Shown here piece after piece: positions 37,309 to 47,245 of a DNA stretch of 64,000 nucleotides. Each line of letters opens with the position of its first letter. The stretch's first letter is position 1. The translations under genes and the position numbers were made by a program. Origin of the DNA: Oscillospiraceae bacterium (lineage in GTDB: Bacteria; Bacillota; Clostridia; Oscillospirales; Oscillospiraceae); assembly GCA_051886995.1 (NCBI GenBank), contig JBJEYS010000173.1, positions 1,508 through 65,507 on the forward strand, given 5' to 3'. The notes below the pieces were generated by a model. That model saw only the letters and a list, made by a program, of their open reading frames with translations, made no database searches and was not told the DNA's origin.

Positions 37309-37755
37309 ATGGAGATCGAGCGGAAATTTACAGTCAAACAAGTGCCCGACGATTTGCCGCAGTATCCCTGCAGCAGGATCGAGCAGGCCTATCTGTGCAC
37401 CGAGCCGGTGGTGCGGGTGCGGCGTTATGGTGAGGAGTTCTGGCTGACCTGCAAGGGCGAGGGCCTGCTGTCCCGGGAGGAATACGAGCTGCCCCTGACG
37501 GAGGAGGCGTACCGCCACCTGCTGGCCAAGGCGGACGGCCTGGTGATCGTAAAGGATCGCTTTCGGATCCCCTGGGAGGGCTACACTATCGAGCTGGATG
37601 TATTTGACGCCCCGCTTGCCCCGCTGGTTCTCGCCGAGGTGGAGTTTCCCACGGAGGAGGAGGCGCTGGCCTTCTGTCCGCCGGCGTGGTTCGGCCGGGA
37701 TGTGACCTGGGACCCGGCCTACAGCAACGCCAATCTCAGCAAACGGGCGCCCTGA
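37309..37755 (+). CDS. CYTH domain protein (triphosphatase / class IV cyclase fold)
   Basis: Start at ATG 37309 (MEIERKFTVKQ, i.e. the ExExK motif); the track ORF begins at 37240. Confidence 0.8.
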   Translation: MEIERKFTVKQVPDDLPQYPCSRIEQAYLCTEPVVRVRRYGEEFWLTCKGEGLLSREEYELPLTEEAYRHLLAKADGLVIVKDRFRIPWEGYTIELDVFDAPLAPLVLAEVEFPTEEEALAFCPPAWFGRDVTWDPAYSNANLSKRAP

Positions 37756-37780
37756 CCGCACGCCCCACACCCTGTACAGC

Positions 37781-37822
37781 AGCGGCTCCGGCGGAATGAC
37801 CGCCGGGGCCGCTTTTCCTTTG
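37781..37822 (+). terminator. Intrinsic terminator after the CYTH gene
   Basis: AGCGGCTCCGGCGG-aatga-CCGCCGGGGCCGCT followed by TTTTCCTTT. Confidence 0.7.
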
Positions 37823-37888
37823 TATAAAGTGCGGTAAAACGGGAGAAAATCCCGTATCGGTTTTTTCAAAAAATATTTCGTATTTTAC

Positions 37889-37917
37889 TTGACTTTGGAG
37901 CGGTTTTTTGATACCAT
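37889..37917 (+). promoter_or_regulatory. Candidate promoter of the S10 operon
   Basis: TTGACT (37889-37894), 17-nt spacer ending in TG-n, TACCAT (37912-37917), preceded by an A/T-rich UP-like stretch. Confidence 0.5.
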
Positions 37918-38188
37918 ATCCTAGCGCCTGTCTGGGCGCAGTCTGCGATGATGCGGGAGATTGCGGCGAAAGCCGGTAACTTCCGCGGAGTATGTCCGAG
38001 CTAGAATCGGGCGGCTGAAGGTCCTGTCCACGGCGTATATCGCCGTGCATGGGCGAAACCGGCCTGCTTGTGCGCCGGTTTCTTTCATGTCAGGGAGTGA
38101 TACGCACGGAAACGTGTACAGGATTTTCACCGTACGAAGCGAGGCAGACACATCCCACCACTTCGTATGTTTAAGGAGGAACAAAACC
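37918..38188 (+). promoter_or_regulatory. About 270-nt structured 5' leader of rpsJ with a terminator-like hairpin (38055-38086); candidate attenuator
   Basis: GAAACCGGC-n10-GCCGGTTTC followed by TTTC. A second hairpin ACGAAG...CTTCGT (about 38134-38170) abuts the AAGGAGG RBS. No ORF with an RBS lies in the leader. Confidence 0.4.
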
Positions 38189-38503
38189 ATGGCAGCTCAG
38201 AAAGAAATGATCCGCATCCGCCTGAAGGCCTACGATCATCAGCTGATCGACCAGTCCGCTGAGAAGATCGTGGAGACCGCCAAGCGCACCGGCGCTTCCG
38301 TGTCCGGCCCCATCCCCCTGCCCACCAAGAAGGAAGTCGTCACCATCCTGCGCGCCGTCCATAAGTACAAGGACTCCCGCGAGCAGTTTGAGCGCCGCAC
38401 CCACAAGCGCCTGATCGACATCCTGAAGCCCTCCCCCAAGACTGTGGAGGCCCTGATGAGCCTGGAGCTTCCCGCCGGCGTCGAGATCGAGATCAAGCTG
38501 TAA
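38189..38503 (+). CDS. rpsJ: 30S ribosomal protein S10
   Basis: ATG 38189 behind [43 protein letters not shown]... Confidence 0.97.
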   Translation: MAAQKEMIRIRLKAYDHQLIDQSAEKIVETAKRTGASVSGPIPLPTKKEVVTILRAVHKYKDSREQFERRTHKRLIDILKPSPKTVEALMSLELPAGVEIEIKL

Positions 38504-38680
38504 GCACGCATCTTTTTCCGCCATACCGCGTTGGTCCGCCTTGCCGTACACACGGTACTGCCTGCGGCGGCCCGCCTTGTCTGGCGAAAAAATCTGCGCA
38601 CTTACCACCAACCCCGTTAGTACCGCAGTCCATCGCGTTTTGAGATGGACGGGTCATGTTGATGGAGCCGCAGCGTTAAG

Positions 38681-38704
38681 AAAACTTGCCGGCGGCAAGT
38701 TTTT
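38681..38704 (+). terminator. Terminator-like hairpin inside the rpsJ-rplC spacer
   Basis: AAAACTTGCC-ggc-GGCAAGTTTTT (7-bp core stem plus A/T extension and T-run). Confidence 0.4.
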
Positions 38705-38794
38705 AGCGTAGGCCCGGACGGCTGTGCCGGCCGGGAGACGCTGCCGCGAGCGCAACCCCGTCAACCAATAACCTTAATTTAAGGAGGAAAACAC

Positions 38795-39526
38795 ATGGAA
38801 AAGGCCATTATCGGCAAGAAGGTCGGCATGACTCAGATCTTCGATGAAGCCGGAAAGGTCATCCCGGTCACCGTCATTGAGGCGGGCCCCTGCACCGTCG
38901 TGCAGAAGAAGACCGTGGAGAAGGACGGCTATGAGGCCGTGCAGCTGGGCTATCAGGACGTGGCCGAGCGCAAGCTCACCAAGCCTGAGGTCGGCCATCT
39001 GAAGAAGGCCGGCGAGGGTATCCTGAAGAAGGTCCTCAAGGAATTCAAACTGGCCAACGCCGCCGAGCTCAACGTGGGCGACGAGATCAAGGCCGACGTG
39101 TTCGCCGAGGGCGACCACGTGGACGTCACCGGCATCAGCAAGGGCCACGGCTACCAGGGCGTTGTCAAGCGCCACGGCGCCGCCCGCCTGAAAGAGACTC
39201 ATGGTACCGGCCCTGTTCACCGCCATGCCGGTTCTATGGGCTCCAGCACCGATCCCAGCCGCATCTTCAAGGGCAAGATCGGCGCCGGCCAGATGGGCAA
39301 CGAGCAGGTCACCGTCATGAACCTGGACGTGGTCAAGGTCGACCCCGAGCTGAACCTGATCGCTGTTCGCGGCGCGATCCCCGGCCCCAAGGGCGGCGTG
39401 GTCGTCATCCGCTCCACCGCCAAGACCATCTTCGAGGCGAAGGGCCCTGCCGCCGGTATCAGCGTCAACCCGCAGAAGGCTTCCGCCCGTGTCAACCCGC
39501 AGAAGGCTTCCGCCCGCAACAAGTAA
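38795..39526 (+). CDS. rplC: 50S ribosomal protein L3 (with C-terminal extension)
   Basis: [33 protein letters not shown]... 243 aa. The tail is [23 protein letters not shown]. Confidence 0.97.
   Translation: MEKAIIGKKVGMTQIFDEAGKVIPVTVIEAGPCTVVQKKTVEKDGYEAVQLGYQDVAERKLTKPEVGHLKKAGEGILKKVLKEFKLANAAELNVGDEIKADVFAEGDHVDVTGISKGHGYQGVVKRHGAARLKETHGTGPVHRHAGSMGSSTDPSRIFKGKIGAGQMGNEQVTVMNLDVVKVDPELNLIAVRGAIPGPKGGVVVIRSTAKTIFEAKGPAAGISVNPQKASARVNPQKASARNK
39464..39517 (+). repeat. 27-bp tandem duplication (2 copies, 1 mismatch) inside the 3' end of rplC
   Basis: GTCAACCCGCAGAAGGCTTCCGCCCG(T/C) twice, encoding VNPQKASAR twice. Confidence 0.95.
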
Positions 39527-39545
39527 GGAAAGGAGAGTATAGATC

Positions 39546-40166
39546 ATGCCTAAAGCAAATGTGTTTAACATGGCTGGCCAGCAGGTCGGCGAGATTGAGC
39601 TCTCCGAGGCTGTGTTCGGCATCGAGCCCAACGAAGCTGTTGTCCATGCTGTTGTCAAGAATCACCTGGCCAACTGCCGTCAGGGCACCCAGAGCGCTCT
39701 GACCCGCGCCGAGGTTTCCGGCGGCGGCATCAAGCCCTGGCGTCAGAAGGGCACCGGCCGCGCCCGTCAGGGTTCCACCCGCGCTCCCCAGTGGACCCAC
39801 GGCGGTATCGTGTTCGCTCCCAAGCCCCGCGATTACAGCTACACCCTGAACAAGAAGGTCAAGCGTCTGGCTCTCAAGTCCGCTCTGTCCGCGAAGGCTG
39901 CCGAAGGCAACGTCATCGTGGTGGACGGCCTGGAGCTGCCCGAGATCAAGACCAAGACCATGAAGGGCTTCCTGACCGCCGTCGGCGCCAAGAAGACCGT
40001 CATGATCACCCCTGAGGTCAACGAGAACGTGGTCAAGTCCGCCCGCAACATTCCCGGCGTGCTGACCACCACCGCCAAGATCCTGAGCGTGTACGACATC
40101 GTCAACGCCAACCAGATCGTGGTGGACAAGGCCGCTCTGGCCATCATTGAGGAGGTGTTTGCGTAA
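39546..40166 (+). CDS. rplD: 50S ribosomal protein L4
   Basis: 206 aa. ...[33 protein letters not shown]... Confidence 0.97.
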   Translation: MPKANVFNMAGQQVGEIELSEAVFGIEPNEAVVHAVVKNHLANCRQGTQSALTRAEVSGGGIKPWRQKGTGRARQGSTRAPQWTHGGIVFAPKPRDYSYTLNKKVKRLALKSALSAKAAEGNVIVVDGLELPEIKTKTMKGFLTAVGAKKTVMITPEVNENVVKSARNIPGVLTTTAKILSVYDIVNANQIVVDKAALAIIEEVFA

Positions 40167-40462
40167 TGAAGACCGCTTATGACATCATTAAGCGCCCGGT
40201 CATCACCGAGCAGTCCATGGCTCAGACCGAGATGAAGCGCTACACCTTTGAGGTCGCCAAGGACGCCAACAAGATCGAGATCGCCAAGGCGGTCGAGGAG
40301 ATCTTCGGCGTGAAGGTCGCCAAGGTCAACACCATCAACATGTACGGCAAGGAGAAGCGCATGGGCCGTTACCCCGCCGGCCGCCGCCCCGCCCGCAAGA
40401 AGGCGATGGTGACCCTGACCCCCGATTCCAAGACCATCGAGTTCTTTGAAGGCATGGTGTAA
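40166..40462 (+). CDS. rplW: 50S ribosomal protein L23
   Basis: 98 aa. Start overlaps the rplD stop (TAATG). [12 protein letters not shown]... Confidence 0.95.
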   Translation: MKTAYDIIKRPVITEQSMAQTEMKRYTFEVAKDANKIEIAKAVEEIFGVKVAKVNTINMYGKEKRMGRYPAGRRPARKKAMVTLTPDSKTIEFFEGMV

Positions 40463-40477
40463 GGAGGAGATTGAACA

Positions 40478-41311
40478 ATGGCTATCAAGACTTATAAGCC
40501 CACAACGCCCTCCCGCCGTCACATGACCGTGAGCGCCTTCGAGGGCATCGACAAGAAGGCCAAGCCCGAGCGCAGCCTGACTGAGAATCTGCAGAAGAAC
40601 GGCGGCCGCAACAGCTATGGCCGCATCACCGTCCGCCACCGCGGCGGCGGCAACAAGCGCAAGTACCGCATCATCGACTTCAAGCGCGACAAGGAAGGCA
40701 CCGCTACTGTTATCAACCTGCAGTACGATCCCAACCGCAGCGCCAACATCGCCCTGATCCAGTACGAGGACGGCGAGAAGCGCTATATCCTGGCTCCTGT
40801 TGGCCTGAAGGCCGGCCACATCATCATGACCGGCCCCGACGCCGACATCCTGCCCGGCAACTGCCTGCCCATCGCCAAGATCCCTGTCGGTGAAATGATC
40901 CACTGCGTGGAGCTGTATCCCGGCAAGGGCGCTCAGCTGGTCCGTGCCGCCGGCACCGCCGCTCAGCTGATGGCCAAGGAGAACGGCATGGCTCAGGTCC
41001 GTCTGCCCTCCGGCGAGGTGCGCTACATCCGCGAGGACTGCAAGGCCACCATCGGCACCGTGGGCAACACTGACCACGCCAACATCCAGATCGGTAAGGC
41101 CGGCCGCAAGCGTCACATGGGCTGGCGTCCCACCGTGCGCGGCTCCGTTATGAACCCCAATGACCACCCCCACGGCGGCGGCGAGGGCAAGAGCCCTGTC
41201 GGTCGTCCCGGCCCTGTCACTCCCTGGGGCAAGCCCGCTCTGGGTTACAAGACCCGCAAGGCGAAGAACCGTACTGAGAAGTTCATCGTCAAGCATCGCA
41301 ACAGCAAGTAA
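40478..41311 (+). CDS. rplB: 50S ribosomal protein L2
   Basis: 277 aa. [17 protein letters not shown]...GGGEGKSP... Confidence 0.97.
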   Translation: MAIKTYKPTTPSRRHMTVSAFEGIDKKAKPERSLTENLQKNGGRNSYGRITVRHRGGGNKRKYRIIDFKRDKEGTATVINLQYDPNRSANIALIQYEDGEKRYILAPVGLKAGHIIMTGPDADILPGNCLPIAKIPVGEMIHCVELYPGKGAQLVRAAGTAAQLMAKENGMAQVRLPSGEVRYIREDCKATIGTVGNTDHANIQIGKAGRKRHMGWRPTVRGSVMNPNDHPHGGGEGKSPVGRPGPVTPWGKPALGYKTRKAKNRTEKFIVKHRNSK

Positions 41312-41325
41312 GGAGGTAGTAAAAC

Positions 41326-41598
41326 ATGTCTAGAAGCGTGAAGAAAGGCCCGTTTTGCGCCCCCGAGCTGCTGAAACGAGTCGATGAGATGAACAAGACC
41401 GGCGAGAAGAAGGTCCTGAAGACCTGGAGCCGCGCCTCCACCATCTTCCCCTCCTTCGTCGGCCACACCTTTGCCGTCCATGACGGCCGCAAGCATGTCC
41501 CCGTGTATGTCACCGAGGATATGGTCGGTCACAAGCTGGGTGAGTTCGCTCCCACCCGCACCTTCCGCGGCCACGCCGGCAGCAAGACCGGTAAGTAA
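41326..41598 (+). CDS. rpsS: 30S ribosomal protein S19
   Basis: 90 aa. [10 protein letters not shown]...[16 protein letters not shown]. Confidence 0.97.
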   Translation: MSRSVKKGPFCAPELLKRVDEMNKTGEKKVLKTWSRASTIFPSFVGHTFAVHDGRKHVPVYVTEDMVGHKLGEFAPTRTFRGHAGSKTGK

Positions 41599-41613
41599 GG
41601 AGGAGAGAGAAAC

Positions 41614-41946
41614 ATGGAAGCAAGAGCTAATCTGAATCACCTGCGCATCTCTCCCCGCAAGGTCGGCGTTGTGTGCGACCTGATCCGCGGCAAGAGCGTT
41701 GCTCAGGCCACCGCCATCCTCATGAACACTCCCAAGTCCGCCAGCGAGCCCCTGCTCAAGCTCCTGAAGAGCGCGGCCGCCAACGCGGAGAACAACCACC
41801 AGATGGATCCCGAGAAGCTGTACGTCGCTGAGACCTACGCCAACGGCGGCCCCATCATCAAGCGCATCCGCCCCCGTGCGCAGGGCCGCGCTTTCCGCAT
41901 CAACAAGCGTACGTCTCACGTCACCATCGTGGTGAAAGAGCGCTAA
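41614..41946 (+). CDS. rplV: 50S ribosomal protein L22
   Basis: 110 aa. ...[20 protein letters not shown]... Confidence 0.95.
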   Translation: MEARANLNHLRISPRKVGVVCDLIRGKSVAQATAILMNTPKSASEPLLKLLKSAAANAENNHQMDPEKLYVAETYANGGPIIKRIRPRAQGRAFRINKRTSHVTIVVKER

Positions 41947-41961
41947 GGGAGGAGGAACAAT

Positions 41962-42813
41962 ATGGGACAGAAAGTCAATCCCCACGGCCTGCGCGTGGGT
42001 GTCATCAAGGATTGGGACTCCCGCTGGTACGCCCGCGATGAGAAGGTCGGCGACCTGATCGTGGAGGACTACAATCTGCGCAAATACCTGAAGAAGAAGC
42101 TCTACGGAGCCGGTATCCCCAAGATCGAGATCGAGCGCGACAACACCAAGGTCCGCATCTATCTGCACTGCGCCCGTCCCGGCGTCGTCATCGGCAAGGG
42201 CGGCGAGGCCATCGAGGCCCTGCGCCTGGAGCTGGAGAAGAAGCTGGGCAAGAGCGTTGCTCTGAACATCGTCGAGGTCAAGAACCCCGACACCAACGCC
42301 CAGCTGGTGGCCGAGAACATCGCACAGCAGCTGGAGAAGCGCATCGCGTTCCGCCGCGCCATGAAGAACGCCATGGGCCGCGCCATGCGTATGGGCGCTC
42401 TGGGCATCAAGGTCCAGGCCTCCGGCCGTCTGAACGGCGCTGAGATCGCCCGCGTGGAGCACTACCACGACGGCACCATCCCCCTGCAGACCCTGCGCGC
42501 CGACATCGAGTACGGCTTCGCGGAGGCTGCCACCACCTACGGCCGCATCGGCATCAAGGTGTGGATCTACAAGGGCGAGGTGCTGACCCAGACCCTGCGC
42601 ACCACCCCCCGTACCCTGGATACCAAGAATTTCAAAGAGCGTGAGCAGCGTCCCCGCCGGGAGCGCCGCGATGGCGATCGTCGTCCGAACAACAGCTTTA
42701 ACCGCAACGGTCAGAGCCGTCCCCAGAACAACAATCGTCCTCAGAACGGCACCCGCCCCGCGGCCCCTCGTCCTGCCGCGCCTGCTGCTCCTAAGGAAGG
42801 AGGCGCCAACTAA
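41962..42813 (+). CDS. rpsC: 30S ribosomal protein S3 (with an R/N/P/Q-rich C-terminal tail of about 65 aa)
   Basis: [24 protein letters not shown]... 283 aa. The tail [58 protein letters not shown] spans about 42613-42810. Confidence 0.97.
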   Translation: MGQKVNPHGLRVGVIKDWDSRWYARDEKVGDLIVEDYNLRKYLKKKLYGAGIPKIEIERDNTKVRIYLHCARPGVVIGKGGEAIEALRLELEKKLGKSVALNIVEVKNPDTNAQLVAENIAQQLEKRIAFRRAMKNAMGRAMRMGALGIKVQASGRLNGAEIARVEHYHDGTIPLQTLRADIEYGFAEAATTYGRIGIKVWIYKGEVLTQTLRTTPRTLDTKNFKEREQRPRRERRDGDRRPNNSFNRNGQSRPQNNNRPQNGTRPAAPRPAAPAAPKEGGAN

Positions 42814-43244
42814 TGCTGCTGCCTAAGAGAGTCAAATATCGCCGCGTCCACCGCGGCCGCATGAAGGGCAAGGCCACCCGCGGCAACACCGTCACTTACG
42901 GCGAGTGGGGCCTGCAGGCTCTGGAGCCCTCCTGGATCACCTCCAATCAGATCGAGGCCGCCCGTGTCGCTATGACCCGTTACACCAAGCGCGGCGGTAA
43001 GGTCTGGATCAAGATTTTCCCCGACAAGCCCGTCACCGAGAAGCCCGCTGAGACCCGTATGGGTTCCGGTAAAGGTTCTCCCGAGTACTGGGTGGCCGTG
43101 GTCAAGCCCGGCCGTGTGATGTTCGAGATCGCCGGCGTCTCCGAGGAGACCGCCCGCGAGGCTCTGCGTCTGGCCAGCCACAAGCTGCCCATCAAGTGCA
43201 AGATCGTCAAGCGTGAAGAAGTTGTGGAGGGTGGTGAAGCGTAA
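42813..43244 (+). CDS. rplP: 50S ribosomal protein L16
   Basis: 143 aa. [21 protein letters not shown]... Confidence 0.97.
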   Translation: MLLPKRVKYRRVHRGRMKGKATRGNTVTYGEWGLQALEPSWITSNQIEAARVAMTRYTKRGGKVWIKIFPDKPVTEKPAETRMGSGKGSPEYWVAVVKPGRVMFEIAGVSEETAREALRLASHKLPIKCKIVKREEVVEGGEA

Positions 43245-43441
43245 TGAAGGCCAATGAAGTTCGTAAGATGTCCAGCGCCGAGCTGGAAACCAAGCTGGCG
43301 GACCTGAAGAAGGATCTGTTCAACCTGCGCCTCCAGCACGCTACCAACCAGCTGGATAACCCCATCCGCATCGCTGAGGTCAAGAAGGACATCGCCCGCG
43401 TCAAGACCATTATCCGTGAGCAGCAGCTCGCAGGCCGCTAA
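43244..43441 (+). CDS. rpmC: 50S ribosomal protein L29
   Basis: 65 aa. ...[25 protein letters not shown]... Confidence 0.95.
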   Translation: MKANEVRKMSSAELETKLADLKKDLFNLRLQHATNQLDNPIRIAEVKKDIARVKTIIREQQLAGR

Positions 43442-43457
43442 GAAGGAGGAAATAAAA

Positions 43458-43718
43458 ATGGAAAACAGAACTTCTTCCCGTAAGACCAGAGTCGGCCTGG
43501 TGGTCTCTGACAAGATGGATAAGACCGTGGTGGTCGCCATCGCCGACCGTGTGGCCCACCCTCTGTACAAGAAGATCGTAAAAAGAACCTATAAGCTGAA
43601 GGCTCACGACGAGCTCAATGCCTGCGGCGTGGGTGACCGCGTCAAGGTCATGGAGACCCGCCCCCTGTCCAAGGACAAGCGCTGGCGCGTCGTTGAGATC
43701 CTGGAAAAGGCGAAGTAA
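43458..43718 (+). CDS. rpsQ: 30S ribosomal protein S17
   Basis: ATG 43458 behind GAAGGAGGA (the track ORF starts at 43416). ...[21 protein letters not shown]... Confidence 0.95.
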   Translation: MENRTSSRKTRVGLVVSDKMDKTVVVAIADRVAHPLYKKIVKRTYKLKAHDELNACGVGDRVKVMETRPLSKDKRWRVVEILEKAK

Positions 43719-43730
43719 GGAGGTGCCGGA

Positions 43731-44099
43731 ATGATTCAGCAGGAAAGCTATCTGAAGGTCGCCGATAACACCGGCGCCAAGGAAATCAAGTGCATCCGCG
43801 TTCTGGGCGGTTCCAAGCGTAAGTTCGGCAACATCGGCGACGTGATCGTGGCCTCCGTGCGCAAGGCTCAGCCCGGCGGCACGGTGAAGAAGGGCGAGGT
43901 CGTCAAGGCCGTTATCGTCCGCACCGCCAAGGGCGTCCGCCGCGCCGACGGCAGCTATGTCCGTTTCGACGAGAACGCCGCTGTCCTGATCAAGGACGAC
44001 AAGAACCCCAGAGGAACCCGTATCTTTGGGCCGGTGGCCCGCGAGCTGCGTGACAAGGATTACATGAAGATCCTGTCCCTGGCTCCCGAAGTTCTGTAA
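43731..44099 (+). CDS. rplN: 50S ribosomal protein L14
   Basis: 122 aa. [27 protein letters not shown]... Confidence 0.97.
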   Translation: MIQQESYLKVADNTGAKEIKCIRVLGGSKRKFGNIGDVIVASVRKAQPGGTVKKGEVVKAVIVRTAKGVRRADGSYVRFDENAAVLIKDDKNPRGTRIFGPVARELRDKDYMKILSLAPEVL

Positions 44100-44115
44100 G
44101 GGGGTAGGAGAAGAC

Positions 44116-44433
44116 ATGAACAAAATGAGCATCAAGAAGGACGACACCGTCGTGGTCCTGTCCGGCAAGGACAAGGGCAAGCAGGGCAAGGTCATCGCTG
44201 TCCTGCCCAAGGAAGGCAAAGTCGTCGTCGAGAAGATCAATATGGTCTCCCGCCACACCAAGCCCCGCAAGCAGGGCGACCAGGGCGGCATCATCCAGAA
44301 GGAAGCCCCCCTGTACGCCTGCAAGGTGCAGCGTGTGTGCCCCAAGTGCAACCAGCCGACCCGTCCCGCCCACAAGCTGCTGGCCGACGGCAAGAAGGTG
44401 CGCGTCTGCAAGAAGTGCGGCGCTGAAATCTGA
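44116..44433 (+). CDS. rplX: 50S ribosomal protein L24 (Cys4 zinc-ribbon form)
   Basis: 105 aa. KOW motif [19 protein letters not shown]-terminal CPKC-x19-CKKC (44338-44418). Confidence 0.95.
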   Translation: MNKMSIKKDDTVVVLSGKDKGKQGKVIAVLPKEGKVVVEKINMVSRHTKPRKQGDQGGIIQKEAPLYACKVQRVCPKCNQPTRPAHKLLADGKKVRVCKKCGAEI

Positions 44434-44453
44434 GAGAGGAGGAGTGAATTACC

Positions 44454-45002
44454 ATGGCTGATATGCCCAACCTGAAGAAAAAGTACCAGGATGAAGTCGC
44501 TCCTGCTCTGATGCAGAAGTTCGGCTACAAGAGCACCATGCAGATCCCCCGCATCGAGAAGATCGTGGTCAACTGCGGCTGCGGCGAGGCCCGCGACAAC
44601 GCCAAGGTGCTGGAGGCCGTCGTGAACGACCTGGCCCAGATCACCGGCCAGAAGCCCGTCATCACCAAGGCCAAGAAGTCCGTTGCAAACTTCAAGCTGC
44701 GTGAGGGCATGCCCATCGGCGCCAAGGTCACCCTGCGTCAGGATAAGATGTGGGAGTTCCTGGACCGCCTGTTCAACGTGGCTCTGCCCCGCGTGCGTGA
44801 CTTCCGCGGTATCAACCCCAACGCCTTTGACGGCCGCGGCAACTATGCCCTGGGCATCAAGGAGCAGCTGATCTTCCCCGAGATCGAGTACGACAAGATC
44901 GACAAGATCCGCGGCATGGACGTGATCGTCTGCACCACCGCCCAGACCGATGAAGAGGCCCGTGAGCTGCTGTCCCTGATCGGCGCTCCGTTTGCCCGTT
45001 AA
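44454..45002 (+). CDS. rplE: 50S ribosomal protein L5
   Basis: 182 aa. ...[18 protein letters not shown]... Confidence 0.97.
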   Translation: MADMPNLKKKYQDEVAPALMQKFGYKSTMQIPRIEKIVVNCGCGEARDNAKVLEAVVNDLAQITGQKPVITKAKKSVANFKLREGMPIGAKVTLRQDKMWEFLDRLFNVALPRVRDFRGINPNAFDGRGNYALGIKEQLIFPEIEYDKIDKIRGMDVIVCTTAQTDEEARELLSLIGAPFAR

Positions 45003-45016
45003 AGGAGGAGAACGAA

Positions 45017-45202
45017 ATGGCGAAGAAGTCTATGATCCTGAAGCAGCAGGCGGAGCCCAAGTTCTCCACCCGCCGCTACAACCGCTGCAAGATCTGCGGC
45101 CGTCCCCATGCCTATCTGCGCAACTACGGCATCTGCCGTATCTGCTTCCGCGAGCTGGCTTACAAGGGCCAGATCCCGGGCGTGAAGAAAGCGTCCTGGT
45201 AA
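45017..45202 (+). CDS. rpsZ: 30S ribosomal protein S14 type Z (zinc-binding, 61 aa)
   Basis: [61 protein letters not shown] (CxxC...CxxC). Confidence 0.97.
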   Translation: MAKKSMILKQQAEPKFSTRRYNRCKICGRPHAYLRNYGICRICFRELAYKGQIPGVKKASW

Positions 45203-45210
45203 GTTAAAAT

Positions 45211-45275
45211 TAGGAATGAGGAATTAGGAATTAGGAGTGTTCGGCTCCTAACTCCTAACTCCGAATTTCTATTTT
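45211..45275 (+). terminator. 18-bp hairpin built from tandem heptamers (TAGGAAT-like x4 / CTCCTAA-like x3) followed by a T-run, inside the rpsZ-rpsH spacer
   Basis: Left arm GGAATTAGGAATTAGGAG (45220-45237), loop tgttcgg, right arm CTCCTAACTCCTAACTCC (45245-45262), two A-C mismatches, then GAATTTCTATTTTT. Confidence 0.45.
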
Positions 45276-45378
45276 TAAAATCCCCCGCACGGCGGATAAC
45301 AGGTCTGAGCCCGCCTAACTCACGATACCTTTCCGCCGAAACCGGCACTGCCGGTAATCTTAATAGGAGGTAACACTC

Positions 45379-45780
45379 ATGCAGATCACCGATCCCATTG
45401 CGGATATGCTCACCCGCATCCGCAACGCGAACAATGCCAAGCATGACACCGTGGATGTCCCCGCTTCCAACATGAAGAAGTCCATCGCTCAGATCCTGCT
45501 GGATGAAGGCTATATCAAGAACTTCCAGCTGATCGACGACGGCACCCAGGGTGTCATCCGCATTTCCCTGAAGTACACCCAGCCCGGCAAGGAAAAGGTC
45601 ATTTCCGGCCTGCGCCGCGTCTCCAAGCCCGGCCTGCGCGTCTATGCCGGCGCCGACGAGCTGCCCCGCGTGCTCAAGGGTCTGGGTATCGCCATCGTGT
45701 CCACGTCCAAGGGCGTCATGACCGACAAGAAGGCCCGCGAGGCCCATGTCGGCGGCGAAGTCCTTGCGTTCGTCTGGTAA
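45379..45780 (+). CDS. rpsH: 30S ribosomal protein S8
   Basis: 133 aa. [22 protein letters not shown]... Confidence 0.97.
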   Translation: MQITDPIADMLTRIRNANNAKHDTVDVPASNMKKSIAQILLDEGYIKNFQLIDDGTQGVIRISLKYTQPGKEKVISGLRRVSKPGLRVYAGADELPRVLKGLGIAIVSTSKGVMTDKKAREAHVGGEVLAFVW

Positions 45781-45794
45781 GGAGGAGAGAGAGT

Positions 45795-46340
45795 ATGTCT
45801 AGAATCGGAAGAATGCCGATCGATCTCCCCGCCGGTGTGGACGTGAAGATCGAGGACGGCAATGTGGTCACCGTAAAGGGCCCCAAGGGCACCCTGACCC
45901 AGAAGCTGCACCCCGCTATGACCATCACCCAGGAGGGCAACGTGCTCCACGTGACCCGCCCCAACGACCTGAAGGAGAACCGTTCTCTGCACGGTCTGAC
46001 CCGCACCCTGCTGCACAACATGGTGGTGGGCGTCACCGAGGGCTATGCCAAGAACCTGGAGGTCAACGGTGTTGGTTACCGTGTGACCAAGGAAGGCAAC
46101 AAGCTGGTCATGAACCTGGGCTTTTCCCACCAGGTCATCGTGGAAGAGGAAGAGGGCATCACCATCGATGTGCCCGACGCCAACCACATCATCATCCGCG
46201 GCTGCGACAAGCAGCAGGTGGGCCAGTTTGCCGCCGAAGTAAGAGAGAAGAGACCGCCTGAGCCTTATAAGGGCAAGGGCATTAAATATGCTGACGAGGT
46301 CATCCGCCGCAAGGTCGGTAAGACCGGCGCCAAGAAATAA
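45795..46340 (+). CDS. rplF: 50S ribosomal protein L6
   Basis: 181 aa. [19 protein letters not shown]... Confidence 0.97.
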   Translation: MSRIGRMPIDLPAGVDVKIEDGNVVTVKGPKGTLTQKLHPAMTITQEGNVLHVTRPNDLKENRSLHGLTRTLLHNMVVGVTEGYAKNLEVNGVGYRVTKEGNKLVMNLGFSHQVIVEEEEGITIDVPDANHIIIRGCDKQQVGQFAAEVREKRPPEPYKGKGIKYADEVIRRKVGKTGAKK

Positions 46341-46354
46341 GGAGGTGTGCCACT

Positions 46355-46714
46355 ATGATTAACAGACCTGATACCAATGCTCAGCGCCTGAAGCGCCACA
46401 AGCGTGTCCGCAGCAAGATTTCCGGCACGCCTGAGCGTCCCCGTCTGAACGTGTTCCGCAGCGAGACCAACATCTATGCCCAGATCATCGACGATGTGGC
46501 GGGCACCACTCTGGTCTCCGCTTCCTCCCTGGAGAAGGGCTTTGAGTGCGACGGCACCAAGACCGACGCCGCCAAGAAGGTGGGTCAGATCGTGGCCGAG
46601 CGCGCGAAGGCCAAGGGGATCGACACCGTCGTGTTCGATCGCGGCGGCTATGTCTACCACGGCCGGGTCCAGGCCCTTGCCGAAGGCGCCCGTGAGGGCG
46701 GCCTGCAGTTCTAA
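46355..46714 (+). CDS. rplR: 50S ribosomal protein L18
   Basis: 119 aa. ...[26 protein letters not shown]... Confidence 0.97.
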   Translation: MINRPDTNAQRLKRHKRVRSKISGTPERPRLNVFRSETNIYAQIIDDVAGTTLVSASSLEKGFECDGTKTDAAKKVGQIVAERAKAKGIDTVVFDRGGYVYHGRVQALAEGAREGGLQF

Positions 46715-46731
46715 GGGGAGGAGGAAAAATA

Positions 46732-47232
46732 ATGGCTAAGTTTGAAAAAGAGCAGAGCGAGTACACCGAAAAGCTGGTCGCTCTGAACCGCGTGTCCAAG
46801 ACCGTCAAGGGCGGCCGTGTGGCTAAGTTCGCGGCTCTGATGGTCGTGGGCGACGAGAAGGGCAACGTGGGCTTCGGCACCGGCAAGGCCGCTGAGGTCC
46901 CCGAGGCCATCCGCAAGGGCATCGAGGATGCCAAGAAGCACATGATCAAGGTCAACATGTCCAACACCACCATCCCCCACGAGGTGATCGGTGAGTTCGG
47001 CGCCGGCCGCGTGCTGCTGAAGCCCGCTGCTCCCGGTACCGGTATCATCGCCGGCGGCCCCGTGCGTGCCGTGATGGAGGCCGTGGGCATCAAGGACATC
47101 CGCGCCAAGTGCCTGCGCTCCAACAACCCGCAGAACGTGGTTTCCGCGACCTTCGAGGGCCTGAAGGCTCTGAAGAATCCCGAGGAAGTGGCCCGTGTGC
47201 GCGGTAAGAGCGTTGAAGAGATCTTAGGTTAA
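46732..47232 (+). CDS. rpsE: 30S ribosomal protein S5
   Basis: 166 aa. ...[27 protein letters not shown]... Confidence 0.97.
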   Translation: MAKFEKEQSEYTEKLVALNRVSKTVKGGRVAKFAALMVVGDEKGNVGFGTGKAAEVPEAIRKGIEDAKKHMIKVNMSNTTIPHEVIGEFGAGRVLLKPAAPGTGIIAGGPVRAVMEAVGIKDIRAKCLRSNNPQNVVSATFEGLKALKNPEEVARVRGKSVEEILG

Positions 47233-47245
47233 GGAGGGCCCTACA

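Noticed and set aside
39839-42468. Long minus-strand ORFs (39839-41296, 41245-42468, and 47295-49187, 49713-50687) across the ribosomal operon
   Set aside because: These lie antisense to universally conserved ribosomal protein, secY, adk and map genes. No RBS is present and the composition is low-complexity.
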